DNA of 64,000 nucleotides from Promethearchaeota archaeon. Its GTDB lineage: Archaea; Asgardarchaeota; Lokiarchaeia; Sigyniarchaeales; SOKP01. Location of the stretch: the NCBI GenBank assembly GCA_016839555.1, contig JAEOUA010000006.1, positions 96,001-160,000 of the forward strand. The letters are read 5' to 3'. The position numbers and the translations under genes are program-made. The notes beneath the pieces were generated by a model. It saw nothing but the letters and a program-made list of their open reading frames with translations, did not search any database and was not told the origin of the DNA. Every line of letters starts with the position of its first letter. Positions within the stretch are counted from its first letter, which is position 1. This document shows positions 20,934 through 31,600 of the stretch, one piece after another.

Positions 20934-21827
20934 ATGGCAAAAATTATTACCCATTCCGGAAGTGCCCATCTTGATGATTTTCTTTCCGCATGCTTAATTT
21001 TATCTAAATATGATGAAGTAAATGAAATTTATAGAAAAGCAGAAGTGTCTGAGGAAGAATTAAAGGATAAAACTATCTGGAAAGTTGATGTGGGAATGAT
21101 TCATGACCCAACCATTAAGGCATTTGACCATCATCAAGAAGGCATCGAAGATTGTGCATTCTCTTTGTTATTGAAATATTGGGATCTCTGGGAACAGGCG
21201 AAAGAAATTTATTCATGGATTCCAGCGATGGTTAAAATAGATACTTCCGGCTTAGATTCTGTATTAAACTACCATCGAATTTCGTATGATACCTATTTCC
21301 GTTTAATGAACTCGTTTGTCGAAGAGTCTATAATGAATTGGTTTCAAAAATGCGAGATAATAAGTAAAAAAAAAAATAAATTGCTCTTCTACACTATGAA
21401 AGGTATTGGAAAGCAATTTTTTGCGGGAATAAATAATTACCAACAATTATTAGAAGATTTTGAATCTAATCTTGATGTGAAAGTGGTAAGTTCCCAAGGT
21501 ATTGAAGAAGATATTCAAAAAGGGATCCCTATTTTCTTCTATTTAACAAAAAAACCTAATTATACCTCCAACCTAGATAGGGTATTTTATTTGTATAAAA
21601 ATAAGTATTTCCCCAATTATCATGGCACCTGGATTACCGCATTTACCTATGATCGTCCTGAAAAAACTATTTGCTTACGACGCCATGGAAATCCGAGTAA
21701 AGTAGATTTATCGAAATTAGAAAGCCTTGAAAACACGGAATTTGCTCATCCAAAAGGCTATGTAGCTGTGGTAAAGAAAATGTCGGAGGTTGAATTAACT
21801 AATTATATTCAACATTCTATCCTTTAA
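20934..21827 (+). CDS. MYG1-like DHH phosphoesterase/exonuclease
   Basis: ITHSGSAHLDD, VDVG..DP...FDHHQ, FAHPKGY motifs. Confidence 0.8.
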   Translation: MAKIITHSGSAHLDDFLSACLILSKYDEVNEIYRKAEVSEEELKDKTIWKVDVGMIHDPTIKAFDHHQEGIEDCAFSLLLKYWDLWEQAKEIYSWIPAMVKIDTSGLDSVLNYHRISYDTYFRLMNSFVEESIMNWFQKCEIISKKKNKLLFYTMKGIGKQFFAGINNYQQLLEDFESNLDVKVVSSQGIEEDIQKGIPIFFYLTKKPNYTSNLDRVFYLYKNKYFPNYHGTWITAFTYDRPEKTICLRRHGNPSKVDLSKLESLENTEFAHPKGYVAVVKKMSEVELTNYIQHSIL

Positions 21828-21841
21828 TGCAGCATTAAAGA

Positions 21842-22747
21842 TTATTTTAGCATATACCCATCATTCTTCTTTTCTATCTTTTTTTCCACTAGAAGCTTGT
21901 CAAAATGCTTTTGAATCATGGTTTTTTCGATTGCCAGCAAGAATGGTTTGAGAAAGTCATATCGCTTGTAGATTATATTTTTTTCTAACAAGTCTTCTGG
22001 TGTTCTGGGTTTGGTTTCGGATAATAAAGCCTTGATCATTTCTTCTCTTCTTATAAAAATCGATTTATATTTTTCTAATTCGTGCCTTATTAGCTTTTTT
22101 CCTTTATAAAGACCGCTATGGCCGGTCACAACAGTTTCCAAGTCTAGGTTTAGGACCTTATCAATGGATTCTATAAATTCTATAACATCCGAATCTGTAC
22201 CACCGTACCACGGACCAAACGTAGAGAGATCGATATCTCCTAGAAATGCGAACTTTAATTCAGGAATATGAAATATACAATGACCAATAGAATGCCCCGG
22301 AGCATATATTATTTTTACTTGGATATCATTTCCAATGGTTATCATGTCATTATGTTCAAATGTTCCCTCAATTTTGATTCCATAGGCATCAATTATATCT
22401 GATAAATATAACTTAAATTGCGGCTCAGCAGGGGTGTTTCGAATTTCGTATAAATCAAGCAACTTATCTATATCTTCGATTATGGGTTTGGATTCTGGAT
22501 GGCAATAAAAAGGGATATCCGAGAAAATATTGCACTCCCTTATATGGTCATCATGCCAATGGCTAAAAAGGAGCTTTTTTATCTCAAAGGTTTTTTTTAC
22601 TTTTTTAAGCCGTGTGGCGGAGACTCCAGTATCGATTAAATAATCACCCAGCACCATCGAATTCGAATAAGGAACTCTTCCTTTTCTCTGCCCTTGAATA
22701 AAGAAAATATTCGCATCTTTGAAGAGGGGTACAATGTAATCAATCAT
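21842..22747 (-). CDS. Metallo-beta-lactamase fold hydrolase
   Basis: SHWHDDH, PGHSIGH, GD, TGH motifs. Confidence 0.9.
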   Translation of the reverse strand: MIDYIVPLFKDANIFFIQGQRKGRVPYSNSMVLGDYLIDTGVSATRLKKVKKTFEIKKLLFSHWHDDHIRECNIFSDIPFYCHPESKPIIEDIDKLLDLYEIRNTPAEPQFKLYLSDIIDAYGIKIEGTFEHNDMITIGNDIQVKIIYAPGHSIGHCIFHIPELKFAFLGDIDLSTFGPWYGGTDSDVIEFIESIDKVLNLDLETVVTGHSGLYKGKKLIRHELEKYKSIFIRREEMIKALLSETKPRTPEDLLEKNIIYKRYDFLKPFLLAIEKTMIQKHFDKLLVEKKIEKKNDGYMLK

Positions 22748-22918
22748 TTGCAGTTTTCATACCTAAACCTTTTAACTATATTTTAAATAATAATGGATTT
22801 TATAAGAAATTAGTGCCAGTTAATTTAAAGTTGAAAGGTATAAGAAAAGATATTATTTAAATTTCAAATAGTGCTTTTGATTTCTGCATTTGCTGTCCCT
22901 AGTACCAAACATATAAAT

Positions 22919-24178
22919 TCACTTTTGAATTGTTTTTTCTTCTTTTTCTCTTGGAACGGGCAAATGCATTATATTTTTTATACGATGTCTTTTTCTTTTT
23001 AAATAATTGAACAAGATTTTTTTTATCATGGTTCTAATAATCTTTTTACCTCTTCTTTTGGTCTTGTGAAGAATTTTTTCCCCTATTGCCATTTCTACTA
23101 ATTCAAATAAGTGATAAATGGGCATCCATTTTCGCGAATAACTTTGTACAGTGCTAAAATACCAATTGCAGCCTCCACAGTAATTTATGATAAGATCAGC
23201 TTCAGTTTTTTTGAATTCTTTTATCCTCTTTTTTGCAGATTTAAAAGCATAAATTATGCTATAATTTGCCGCTGCCGCTCCAATACCACAACATAGGGCA
23301 TTTTCACGAGTATGTTCCGGCTCAATAATGTCAATTCCGATCTTTTTTAAAATCTCTCTTACTTTATTGAAAAAAATATCTCCACTTGCTTTTGGCCAAC
23401 AGTTATCATGGATTACAGCTTTTAAATCAAGCTTAGTAATCTTGTATTTGCCCGTATTTAATTCTTCCTCTAACCAATCAATAAACGAGATTACTTCAAA
23501 GTCAAACTTAATATCGTAAACTTTTTCATAGACTTCTTTAAGTAAATGATAGCCCGCAAGACAACCCATAATTAACTTCTTAAACCCAATTTTATTAAAC
23601 TGTTTTTGTAGATAATATCCTACTTGTTCAGCGGCATCTAAGCAACCCATTCGATAAAGAGGCTCTCCGCAACATAATTCTGGAGATCCAAATATTGGAA
23701 TTTCGTTAAACAACTTGGAATTAAGAAGATATGGTTGAAGAAGCAGGTTACAACCCGTGTAAAACATAATTAGATTGTTTTTAGGAGGATTTTTCCAATT
23801 GTTTTCCCATTTCTCAATAAAATTTTTCTCATCCTCAGGAAGTTTCTTTTTATATATCGTGTATAAGTTTGGAAAATGATAAGGTAGCACTAATTTAGAA
23901 CGAGCAGGAAGACCTTTATCAAGATATCTCTCGTTCCAACAATTTAGTATTAAGGTATGAGGATTGCAGTTATTTGGACAATAATGATTACATGCCATAC
24001 AGCTCGTACATTTTCTTAAAACGGTCTTGGATTTCCCTTGTTCTACGAGTGATTTAATTTCTTCTTTCGCTTCTTCAAGTGGTAATTCCAATACAGGACA
24101 TTTATGAAAACATATTCCACAATAATCACAATTATGTTCGTTAAAATTTTTAGAAAATTGGAATCTTTGTAGAGTCAT
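22919..24178 (-). CDS. Fe-S oxidoreductase with CCG domains
   Basis: CDYCGIC..CP, CTSCMAC..CP, CCG x2. Confidence 0.88.
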   Translation of the reverse strand: MTLQRFQFSKNFNEHNCDYCGICFHKCPVLELPLEEAKEEIKSLVEQGKSKTVLRKCTSCMACNHYCPNNCNPHTLILNCWNERYLDKGLPARSKLVLPYHFPNLYTIYKKKLPEDEKNFIEKWENNWKNPPKNNLIMFYTGCNLLLQPYLLNSKLFNEIPIFGSPELCCGEPLYRMGCLDAAEQVGYYLQKQFNKIGFKKLIMGCLAGYHLLKEVYEKVYDIKFDFEVISFIDWLEEELNTGKYKITKLDLKAVIHDNCWPKASGDIFFNKVREILKKIGIDIIEPEHTRENALCCGIGAAAANYSIIYAFKSAKKRIKEFKKTEADLIINYCGGCNWYFSTVQSYSRKWMPIYHLFELVEMAIGEKILHKTKRRGKKIIRTMIKKILFNYLKRKRHRIKNIMHLPVPREKEEKTIQK

Positions 24179-24293
24179 TATATTAATTATTTTTTTAGCA
24201 GTAATAAAATTTTAAAATGTTTTCCAAAGGGTAAGGAACCTCTGATATTTTAGAGAGCTTGAAGATATCTTTAAAATGAAATCAAATATCTTA

Positions 24294-24410
24294 TGATAAA
24301 ATCGGGAGATTGTTTCATACACTCTCGTGTGCCTTTCTTTTCAAGCAGTTTTTTCCCATTTAAGCGATATTATTGGCGGGATGAGTCCCAGCAAATTCCA
24401 CTTCAATTGA
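24294..24410 (-). pseudogene. Decayed internal copy of the neighbouring low-molecular-weight phosphatase gene
   Basis: Aligns by eye to about 25462-25580 (EVEFAGTHPANNIA/NGKKLLEKKGTRECMKQSPD vs EVESAGTHPATHIAHNGKELLEREGSREYVKPSPD) with a 1-nt deletion. Confidence 0.85.
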
Positions 24411-24470
24411 AGAAAGTGTTTATACAAAGATCTAAAAAATATAAGGTAATATATCTCATACTAAGCCCCC

Positions 24471-24812
24471 TTATATCTTTTTATTCTTCAATTTATTAAT
24501 CTTATCTTTAAATTCGGGTAAATCTTTTATTATTGTTTCCCAGGTTAGATCTAAATCAATTCCAAAATATTGATGAATTAAGATATCTCGCATCCCTGCT
24601 ATTTCTTTCCAAGGGATATTATTATTTTTCTTCTTAATTGATTCATTTAAGTTTTTGACAGCTTCACCAATGATTTCAATCCTTCTAATTATTGAATCTT
24701 GTAATTGTTTTGAATTCAAAAAATCATTTTTATTTTTGTCTTTAATATATTCTTCAATTAAATTTATTGATTCTAAAATATGTTCTATAAAGATTCTATT
24801 ATCTTTATTCAT
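24471..24812 (-). CDS. hepT: HEPN (DUF86) ribonuclease toxin
   Basis: IIGEAVK, IPWKEIAGMRDILIHQYFG (RxxxxH-Y). Confidence 0.92.
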   Translation of the reverse strand: MNKDNRIFIEHILESINLIEEYIKDKNKNDFLNSKQLQDSIIRRIEIIGEAVKNLNESIKKKNNNIPWKEIAGMRDILIHQYFGIDLDLTWETIIKDLPEFKDKINKLKNKKI

Positions 24813-25096
24813 AATATCTCAACTTGTTCATTTAAAATTTGTTCTTTCAATAATGGATTTATTGAATTATATGTAAGAAGATCAACCTCACATTGTAATA
24901 CTTCTTGAAGTTCTAATTTTAATCGAGATAAATCCAATAAACTTTTTTTACCTTCAAACTGTATTAATAAATCAATATCACTATCCTCGCTTCTTTTACC
25001 TCTAACAATAGAGCCAAAAAGAGAAGCATGGGTTACATCATGCTTTTTCAAAATATCAACAATTATAGCTTTAACATCATCTATTTGATTTGACAT
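24809..25096 (-). CDS. mntA: Minimal nucleotidyltransferase antitoxin
   Basis: LFGSIVRG..SDIDLL (GSx10DxD); overlaps hepT by 4 nt. Confidence 0.92.
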   Translation of the reverse strand: MSNQIDDVKAIIVDILKKHDVTHASLFGSIVRGKRSEDSDIDLLIQFEGKKSLLDLSRLKLELQEVLQCEVDLLTYNSINPLLKEQILNEQVEIL

Positions 25097-25261
25097 TATT
25101 TCATGAACTCTTCTTCTATTTTTTTATCATTAGTTTATATGATCCAATTTAAAAGTTTTCTAAAAATTTTTTCTCTTTCTTGGAGTTAAATATTTTCTTT
25201 TTTTAATGAATATCAATTAATCAGAAGTTTTTTAAAATTTTATAATTTTTCTCTATCTTTT

Positions 25262-25657
25262 CTATAATTTAGAAGATAATCCTTTAACATTTTCATTAAT
25301 TTGTCTAAATGCCTCCTCTGGCTCAATAGTGGGATTGATAGGGTCATCAATATCCCAATTGATTATTTTTTCTTCCGAGACCTTGAAATTCTCAAGGATA
25401 TAATTTTTATGCCATTGTTTGAATACCACAATCAGATTTGCCTCATCAATCGCTCTCTGGGTGATTTTATCGGGAGATGGTTTCACATACTCTCGTGAGC
25501 CTTCCCTTTCAAGAAGTTCTTTACCATTATGAGCAATATGGGTGGCGGGATGGGTTCCAGCAGATTCCACTTCAAAAGATGGATGAAATCGTCTAGTAAG
25601 CGCTTCCGCTATGGGACTTCGAAAACTGTTTCCAGTACATACGTACAGCACTCTCAT
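25262..25657 (-). CDS. Low-molecular-weight phosphatase / ArsC-like protein
   Basis: CTGNSFRS P-loop, SAGT, WDIDDP; lacks the extra redox Cys of thioredoxin-coupled ArsC. Confidence 0.88.
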   Translation of the reverse strand: MRVLYVCTGNSFRSPIAEALTRRFHPSFEVESAGTHPATHIAHNGKELLEREGSREYVKPSPDKITQRAIDEANLIVVFKQWHKNYILENFKVSEEKIINWDIDDPINPTIEPEEAFRQINENVKGLSSKL

Positions 25658-25785
25658 TTTATTTGATAATCTTTTTCGCTTTATTTTTTTTATGATTTAG
25701 GTTGAAAAATTTTAAAAATATTCAAGATCAACAAAAATATATAGCTAATAGTGAATATCAAACACTATTATTTCCAAAATTTATG

Positions 25786-26610
25786 CTAAATTCTTTTTAA
25801 GAAGAAATTTTTTAAATGCTTCGCAATAACTTGAGGAATTTCTTGATTAATATTATGATGTACCTCTGGAAAACTATAGAATTCACTATTCGGAATTAAT
25901 TGTGATAATCTTTTCCCATTATCGACTTTCATTAATTCATCTTTTTCTCCATGTAAAATTATAACTGGGATGGTTAATTTTTGTAAATTTTTTTCCAGAT
26001 TAAATGAACTAAAAATATTTTCGGGTAACACGAGAAGTGTATCATCTAAAATTAAGAAATTTTCTTTAATCTTTTTTTTAAAAATATCTGGATGGTTCTC
26101 TAACATTTTTTTTGTAAGTGTTAAGCTAACTTTCATTTTAGATCCTTTTTTTGATAATGGAATTTTTCCTGTCATTTGATTTGTTGATTTGGGAAGATTA
26201 AAACTTGAAGTGGTCGCTCCTAATCCTATAGCATTTAGTGTATATTCATGCTTTATCGCATACATCTGAGCAATCAAACCCCCCATACTTACGCCATATA
26301 TAAAGAATTTCTCTGGTTTTGGATTATTTACAATATTTAACCCTAATAATAATTCATGACAATCTTCAACAAATTGTGGAAGTGAATATATTTTTGCTGT
26401 TTCTTCAAAGGTTTCTTTAATAGGTTTATCAGACTTACCATGCCCTCTATTATCCCAGCTCAAGCAAGTAAAATCATTCTTTAAGTAGGATATGAGATAG
26501 GCAAAACTTGCATGACTTGAGGTATATCCGTGATTTAAAACTAAGAAAGGGCCATTACCTTTAATTCTATACCATATTTTTGTTCCATCCCTTAACTTAA
26601 ATCTTGACAT
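25786..26610 (-). CDS. Alpha/beta hydrolase
   Basis: HG, DNRGHG.S, GVSMGG, GEKD, catalytic H near the C-terminus. Confidence 0.92.
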   Translation of the reverse strand: MSRFKLRDGTKIWYRIKGNGPFLVLNHGYTSSHASFAYLISYLKNDFTCLSWDNRGHGKSDKPIKETFEETAKIYSLPQFVEDCHELLLGLNIVNNPKPEKFFIYGVSMGGLIAQMYAIKHEYTLNAIGLGATTSSFNLPKSTNQMTGKIPLSKKGSKMKVSLTLTKKMLENHPDIFKKKIKENFLILDDTLLVLPENIFSSFNLEKNLQKLTIPVIILHGEKDELMKVDNGKRLSQLIPNSEFYSFPEVHHNINQEIPQVIAKHLKNFFLKRI

Positions 26611-26868
26611 TTTTTTCTCTCTTTATAATTAACAATAATATAAATTGTGGGGATTTAATTATATATGAAATTTTTCTACGTGATTATTAATATAATATAA
26701 AGGAGAATTTGAATTTATAAATGGTATTTATTTATAGAAAGAAATTTATGGAATCTTTGCAAAACTAGAAATACGATAAAAATATAAACGTTGACGACCA
26801 ACTCGAAATATTTTCTCAAGGGTTTTATATTTATTAAATATGAAAACAAAAAAAACAAATCTTGTGGA

Positions 26869-27567
26869 TTAGTAAAAATAAATTAGATTTAGATATAAAT
26901 TTCTTCTTGAAACATAAAAAGGAATATAAAATAGATATGCTCCAATTAGTGCCCCTGCTATGTTTAAAATAATGCCAAATATAGCTAAAATACCTCCAAT
27001 TTTTACAAGCTTATTATCTGATTCATTATATATTGCTTTCCTTCTTATTCTTCTTGCACCCTGTCCTAAAATAAAACCCGCAATCCCGAATAGGATCAAT
27101 ACTACTCCAGATACATGTGCCACAAGTCTTAATCCGTCTTCCAAAACCATTTCAGGTGCAGGATAAAACCATAAATCAATAGAAAAATAATTAAAATAAT
27201 ACAAAAGAGATATTATATCATATTTTAAATAAACAGATGAATTCATTATAAAAATAAGATATAGCCCAATAATAATAGAATGTAATGCCAATAAAAAAGA
27301 AACAATTGCGAGTATGAAACACCTTATTGAATATTTTCCAATTGTTCCTTTCTTTTTAATTGGAACTTGCTGATAAGGAGTTAACCCTCGAGTAGAATAA
27401 ATCGATCTAGAAGTATATTCTGGAGAGGAGGCAGTTGCTGATTTAGTAGGAGATACCTCCTTCTTAGGTTGAACTCTTTCAATATTTAATTTTAGGGCTG
27501 TTCCACAATGAATGCAGTAATTCTGAGCTGATGTTCTTAATTTTTCGCCACAATTAGGACAATACAA
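26869..27567 (-). CDS. Zinc-ribbon membrane protein
   Basis: CPNCG..YCIHCG followed by a linker and TM helices. Confidence 0.8.
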   Translation of the reverse strand: MYCPNCGEKLRTSAQNYCIHCGTALKLNIERVQPKKEVSPTKSATASSPEYTSRSIYSTRGLTPYQQVPIKKKGTIGKYSIRCFILAIVSFLLALHSIIIGLYLIFIMNSSVYLKYDIISLLYYFNYFSIDLWFYPAPEMVLEDGLRLVAHVSGVVLILFGIAGFILGQGARRIRRKAIYNESDNKLVKIGGILAIFGIILNIAGALIGAYLFYIPFYVSRRNLYLNLIYFY

Positions 27568-27893
27568 GGTCCTTACTCATAATAATTATTTTAATCTATA
27601 TAAAAACTATATCTAATTCTTTTAATTTAATAAATTATTATAGACACATACCAAATGGAAAGTCGTATATAAAAATTTTATATAGTCCAGTTTTTTTTTT
27701 GAGTTCTTAATTCTAAATTAAAAAATATATCATTTTAAAGAGGAATGAAAGGAGCCCAAGAAATAAAAATACAAGTGATTTAGAAATCCAAACATTCCAA
27801 GAGTAAATAATTTTAAAGAAAGAAGTCTTTTCTATAAAATTAAAGAAAAATTAAAATTAAAAAAAAAGTAAATTTTCTTTTACTAGAATTTTT

Positions 27894-29573
27894 TTAAGCT
27901 GCATCCCATTTACCTTCAGCACGAGCTTTTCCTATATCCTCCTCGATTCTTTGCGTTAGAGTCACATAATCGGTTTTTGCCACGCGATTGAGTGGAAACT
28001 CATCGATAAAGACCACCAACGAGGGTCGCTTATAGGAGGCCATCCCTTTGCAATGTTCCAATACTTCCTCCTCTGTAAGCGTCTTACCTTCCTTCACCTT
28101 GATGTAAGCTATGATGCCTTCCGTGAATACTTCATGTTTCGCTCCTACAACCCCCACCGATTCGACTTCCGGAAGTTCTGCGATATAAGCCTCCACTTCT
28201 GGGGGAAATACTTGATAGCCTTTTGGTTTTATAAGGAATTTCCTCCTTCCTTCCAGATGTAAGCCATCATCACCAATATATCCCATATCACCCGTATATA
28301 AGTAACCATCATTTGTGAGCGTTTTATTGGTAGCTTCTTCATTGCTAAAATAGCCCACAAATGTCTGCAGTCCTTTATAGCAAATTTCCCCAATCTCTCC
28401 TTTAGGTAATTCTTCACCCGCCGTTCCATCAGCATTCATAGGATTCCGAATTGACATTGGATAAATGGGAAAATCATGCCCTAATGCCGTCATAAAATCC
28501 TCCCAATTCTCTTTCACTTGAATATAGGAACAAAATCCAGATGTTTCTGTTAAGCCTAATCCGCCCCCTATCGTCGGCGCCATTTTTCTCAATTTCTCTA
28601 AGAAGGGGCGATCCACCGATTGTCCCGCACAAATTACAAATCTGAGGGAACTTAAATCATAATCGGAATAGTTTGGGAGTCGCCATTGCATCGCAAACAA
28701 GGCAGGAATCTGCCCCAACACCGTAGCCTTGTATTTTTGAATCGCATCCAAAGTTTTTTCCGCATCAAATATATGTAAAACGATGTCCGTTCCGTTCCCA
28801 AATAAGGTCGTCATAAATTGTTCTGTGGTGCCACCTACATGTGAAGGGGGCAAGTTTACAATCATTTTATCTGATGATTCTAACCCGAAGGCTTGTGCTA
28901 AGCACATGTTTTGACAGGTGATGCCTTCATTTTTTAACATGGCAGGCTTCGGAAATCCCGTACTCCCGGTTGTAAACACAATCATCACCGGGTCTTTCTC
29001 TCCCACCTTCGCACATTCTTCCCGGAAGTTTTTCATTGATGCGGGGTTTTGTATGGCTTCCTTATATTCTTGTTCCGCCTCTTGAGAAATCTCGTATGCT
29101 GGTGTAATACCTTTCCGATATCTGTCGTCTGGGGTGCTGAATTGGACTACATACTCTAACCACGGATTATTTTTCATCACTGCAGCTCCAATCATTCCGA
29201 AATTCGCAACCGCGGTTTTTCCAAGATGGCAATACATTTTAGCTTTCTCTTTGACGATTTCCAAACAGCGCATAATTTCGGGCGGCTTTAATCTCAAGTC
29301 TAACGGCGTCCACATCACTCCCAGCTTCGCACAAGCATAGCCCAGAATGATATGGGTATCTAAATAGGGAAGCGAGGTGACAACGATATCACCTTTCCTA
29401 AATCCCATATTGTATAACTTAAACGCCATCACATCAATGTGCGTTTGAAATTCTTTATATGTATATTTTTTTCCCGTATCATAAATAATAAATGCTTCTT
29501 TATCCGACGTTTGCTCAGCCCATTTATCTATAACGCCGCATATAGTATGCGGATATTGCTCAAACTCTTCCAA
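27894..29573 (-). CDS. Acyl-CoA synthetase (AMP-forming, ANL superfamily)
   Basis: FTTGSTGFPK, GLTET, TGD.G, GR.K, P.EVE motifs; possible ATT start at 29579. Confidence 0.93.
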   Translation of the reverse strand: MEEFEQYPHTICGVIDKWAEQTSDKEAFIIYDTGKKYTYKEFQTHIDVMAFKLYNMGFRKGDIVVTSLPYLDTHIILGYACAKLGVMWTPLDLRLKPPEIMRCLEIVKEKAKMYCHLGKTAVANFGMIGAAVMKNNPWLEYVVQFSTPDDRYRKGITPAYEISQEAEQEYKEAIQNPASMKNFREECAKVGEKDPVMIVFTTGSTGFPKPAMLKNEGITCQNMCLAQAFGLESSDKMIVNLPPSHVGGTTEQFMTTLFGNGTDIVLHIFDAEKTLDAIQKYKATVLGQIPALFAMQWRLPNYSDYDLSSLRFVICAGQSVDRPFLEKLRKMAPTIGGGLGLTETSGFCSYIQVKENWEDFMTALGHDFPIYPMSIRNPMNADGTAGEELPKGEIGEICYKGLQTFVGYFSNEEATNKTLTNDGYLYTGDMGYIGDDGLHLEGRRKFLIKPKGYQVFPPEVEAYIAELPEVESVGVVGAKHEVFTEGIIAYIKVKEGKTLTEEEVLEHCKGMASYKRPSLVVFIDEFPLNRVAKTDYVTLTQRIEEDIGKARAEGKWDAA

Positions 29574-29804
29574 CGAAATTTTCTCTTCTCACCTTTCATA
29601 TGGTTTTGAATACCACAGAATAATAAGGTTGGTGGGTAAAAAAATATTTGGTTTGATTTGGTAAATATGATGTGCGTTTCCATATAGTATTAAAACATTT
29701 TTATAGAAGATTCTCTAATATTGATCTATGTGTAGAAATATTGATATTAGCAAGATTAGCTTATTTGTTAGAAAGTTCTTAGAATCGTCGAGGGGGATTT
29801 AACA

Positions 29805-31157
29805 ATGGCAGACACAGTTTTTGAAGAAGCACGAGAAACAAAAGTGTTCGATAGCGTTGATGTGCTGGTCTGTGGAGGCGGGTCATCTGGTATTTTCGCG
29901 GCGCTTGCTTCGGCACATCACGGTGCTGATACTTTTTTAATTGAGAAAGAGGGCTTTCTCGGAGGTACTGCGACCAACTATCTGGTGAATCCTATTCCCG
30001 AGATGATGGGAAAAGGCGGATTCATTCAGAACTTTATGGACCGAATGGCCGAGATGGGAGGGTATATCAAACATGAGCCCTCAGAGGTCAAATACGACTT
30101 TTCCCTTGCCAACACCTATGATGTGGAGATCTTCAAGTTTGTTGCGTTGGAAATGATAGATGAAGCTGGGGTGAAACTGCTGCTGCACACGCCCGCTGTA
30201 AAACCGGTGGTGGAAAATGATATCATACGGGGAGTTATAGTTGAAAATAAATCGGGGCGACAGGCAATCCTTGCGAAGCGTGTGATCGATTGTACAGGTG
30301 ACGGGGACGTTGCCGCTCGAGCGGGTGTTCCCTATGAGAAAGGGCGAGAGAAAGACGATCTTATGCCCTCCGTTTCATTGCTTTTTCATCTTCATAATGA
30401 TAAGGACTTGGAAGATCTGCCCGCAACGCCATTCGGTGGTATCTTTCTAATTAGTCCGCTCTTGAAAAAAACAGCAAGGAAAGAGAAGATCAAATACAAA
30501 ACGCCATATGATGTGGCGTTTATGGTGCCTATGCCGGTAAGTCCCGGGAAACTTTTGGTAAACCTCGCCCATGTAAAGAATATCGATGGGACAAAATCCG
30601 AAGATCTCACTCGCGCCCATATCATCTCGCGAAGGCAGATTATGGAAGCGACAGATTTGTTGCGGCATCATCCATATTTCAGTTCGGCGTATGTTGCGAG
30701 CACAGGAACGAGCATTTATGTTCGAGAAACGAGGCGAATTATAGGAGAATATATTATTACTGAGGAGGATGCTGTAAAAGGAGCTCACTTTGATGACGCA
30801 ATTACTTCATGCCGATACATGATAGATGTTCACCCCATTGATTCAAGCGAAACCGGGAGATACGAAAAGCATCCGCCCTTTGACATTCCCTATCGGAGCC
30901 TTATTCCGCTTAAGATTAATAATTTGCTGATCGCGGGGCGATGCGTTTCATCCGACCGCGTTGCGCAATCTGCCCTTCGGATTGGTGGTACTTGCATGAG
31001 CACCGGGGAAGCGGCAGGGACGGCAGCTGCACTCTCAATACAGAAAGGAGTTAAACCACGTGAAATGGATGGCACACTTGTTCAGAAGGCGTTAGAAACA
31101 CACGGAGTTAATATCAGACCAGAAAAAGGCACTGTCCCAGAAGAATGTATGTTTTAA
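29805..31157 (+). CDS. FAD-dependent oxidoreductase (FAD_oxidored-type)
   Basis: DVLVCGGGSSG, IDCTGDGD, RETRRI.G, IPYRSLIP, AGRCVS. Confidence 0.9.
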   Translation: MADTVFEEARETKVFDSVDVLVCGGGSSGIFAALASAHHGADTFLIEKEGFLGGTATNYLVNPIPEMMGKGGFIQNFMDRMAEMGGYIKHEPSEVKYDFSLANTYDVEIFKFVALEMIDEAGVKLLLHTPAVKPVVENDIIRGVIVENKSGRQAILAKRVIDCTGDGDVAARAGVPYEKGREKDDLMPSVSLLFHLHNDKDLEDLPATPFGGIFLISPLLKKTARKEKIKYKTPYDVAFMVPMPVSPGKLLVNLAHVKNIDGTKSEDLTRAHIISRRQIMEATDLLRHHPYFSSAYVASTGTSIYVRETRRIIGEYIITEEDAVKGAHFDDAITSCRYMIDVHPIDSSETGRYEKHPPFDIPYRSLIPLKINNLLIAGRCVSSDRVAQSALRIGGTCMSTGEAAGTAAALSIQKGVKPREMDGTLVQKALETHGVNIRPEKGTVPEECMF

Positions 31158-31168
31158 TATAAAGTATA
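30873..31168 (+). repeat. Direct repeat copy 1 (3' end of the FAD oxidoreductase gene)
   Basis: About 295 bp, highly similar to 32641-32936 (offset 1768). Confidence 0.95.
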
Positions 31169-31263
31169 TTTCTTTCTTTTTTAACAGTGTATTACTTTAT
31201 ATTATCTAGAATTTACCTTTAATTTAATAAATCAATGCGTTTTGTAACTAATTATATAATGAT

Positions 31264-31545
31264 TTAATCAAAAGAAAATTTTTCTTCACTTAAGACTTTA
31301 CTAAATTTACAAATATTAACATCTAAAATCTTACAAACCTTTCCAATTGTATTGAGGATTGTTCCAGTTTCATATGTTACTACTTTCAAATCGCGAGCTT
31401 TTGCTAAGGCAACTACATAATGATCAGAAAATCTTTTGTACTACTACCTTTTCCCCATTTTGAAAAAGCTTTATTATTAACTAATTTCCTAACATAAGTT
31501 TGTTCTTTCTGGTTTGGCTCAATAAAATGAGTAGTAAAAGATCTA
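31264..31545 (-). pseudogene. DUF4411-like PIN domain remnant, frameshifted
   Basis: Manual translation ...FIEPNQKEQTYVRKLVNN../SDHYVVALAKARDLKVVTYE..IGKVCKILDV..F*; 5' end missing. Confidence 0.7.
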
Positions 31546-31600
31546 AAAAATTTACATAGCTTATGTCTTTGTCTTTCTATTTTGATTTTAAAAACAGTAT

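Noticed and set aside
24293-24499. 68-aa plus-strand ORF
   Set aside because: It is the antisense reading of the decayed phosphatase fragment.
25262-25657. Arsenate reductase arsC call
   Set aside because: Only the P-loop Cys is present, the resolving cysteines are absent and no ars genes are adjacent.
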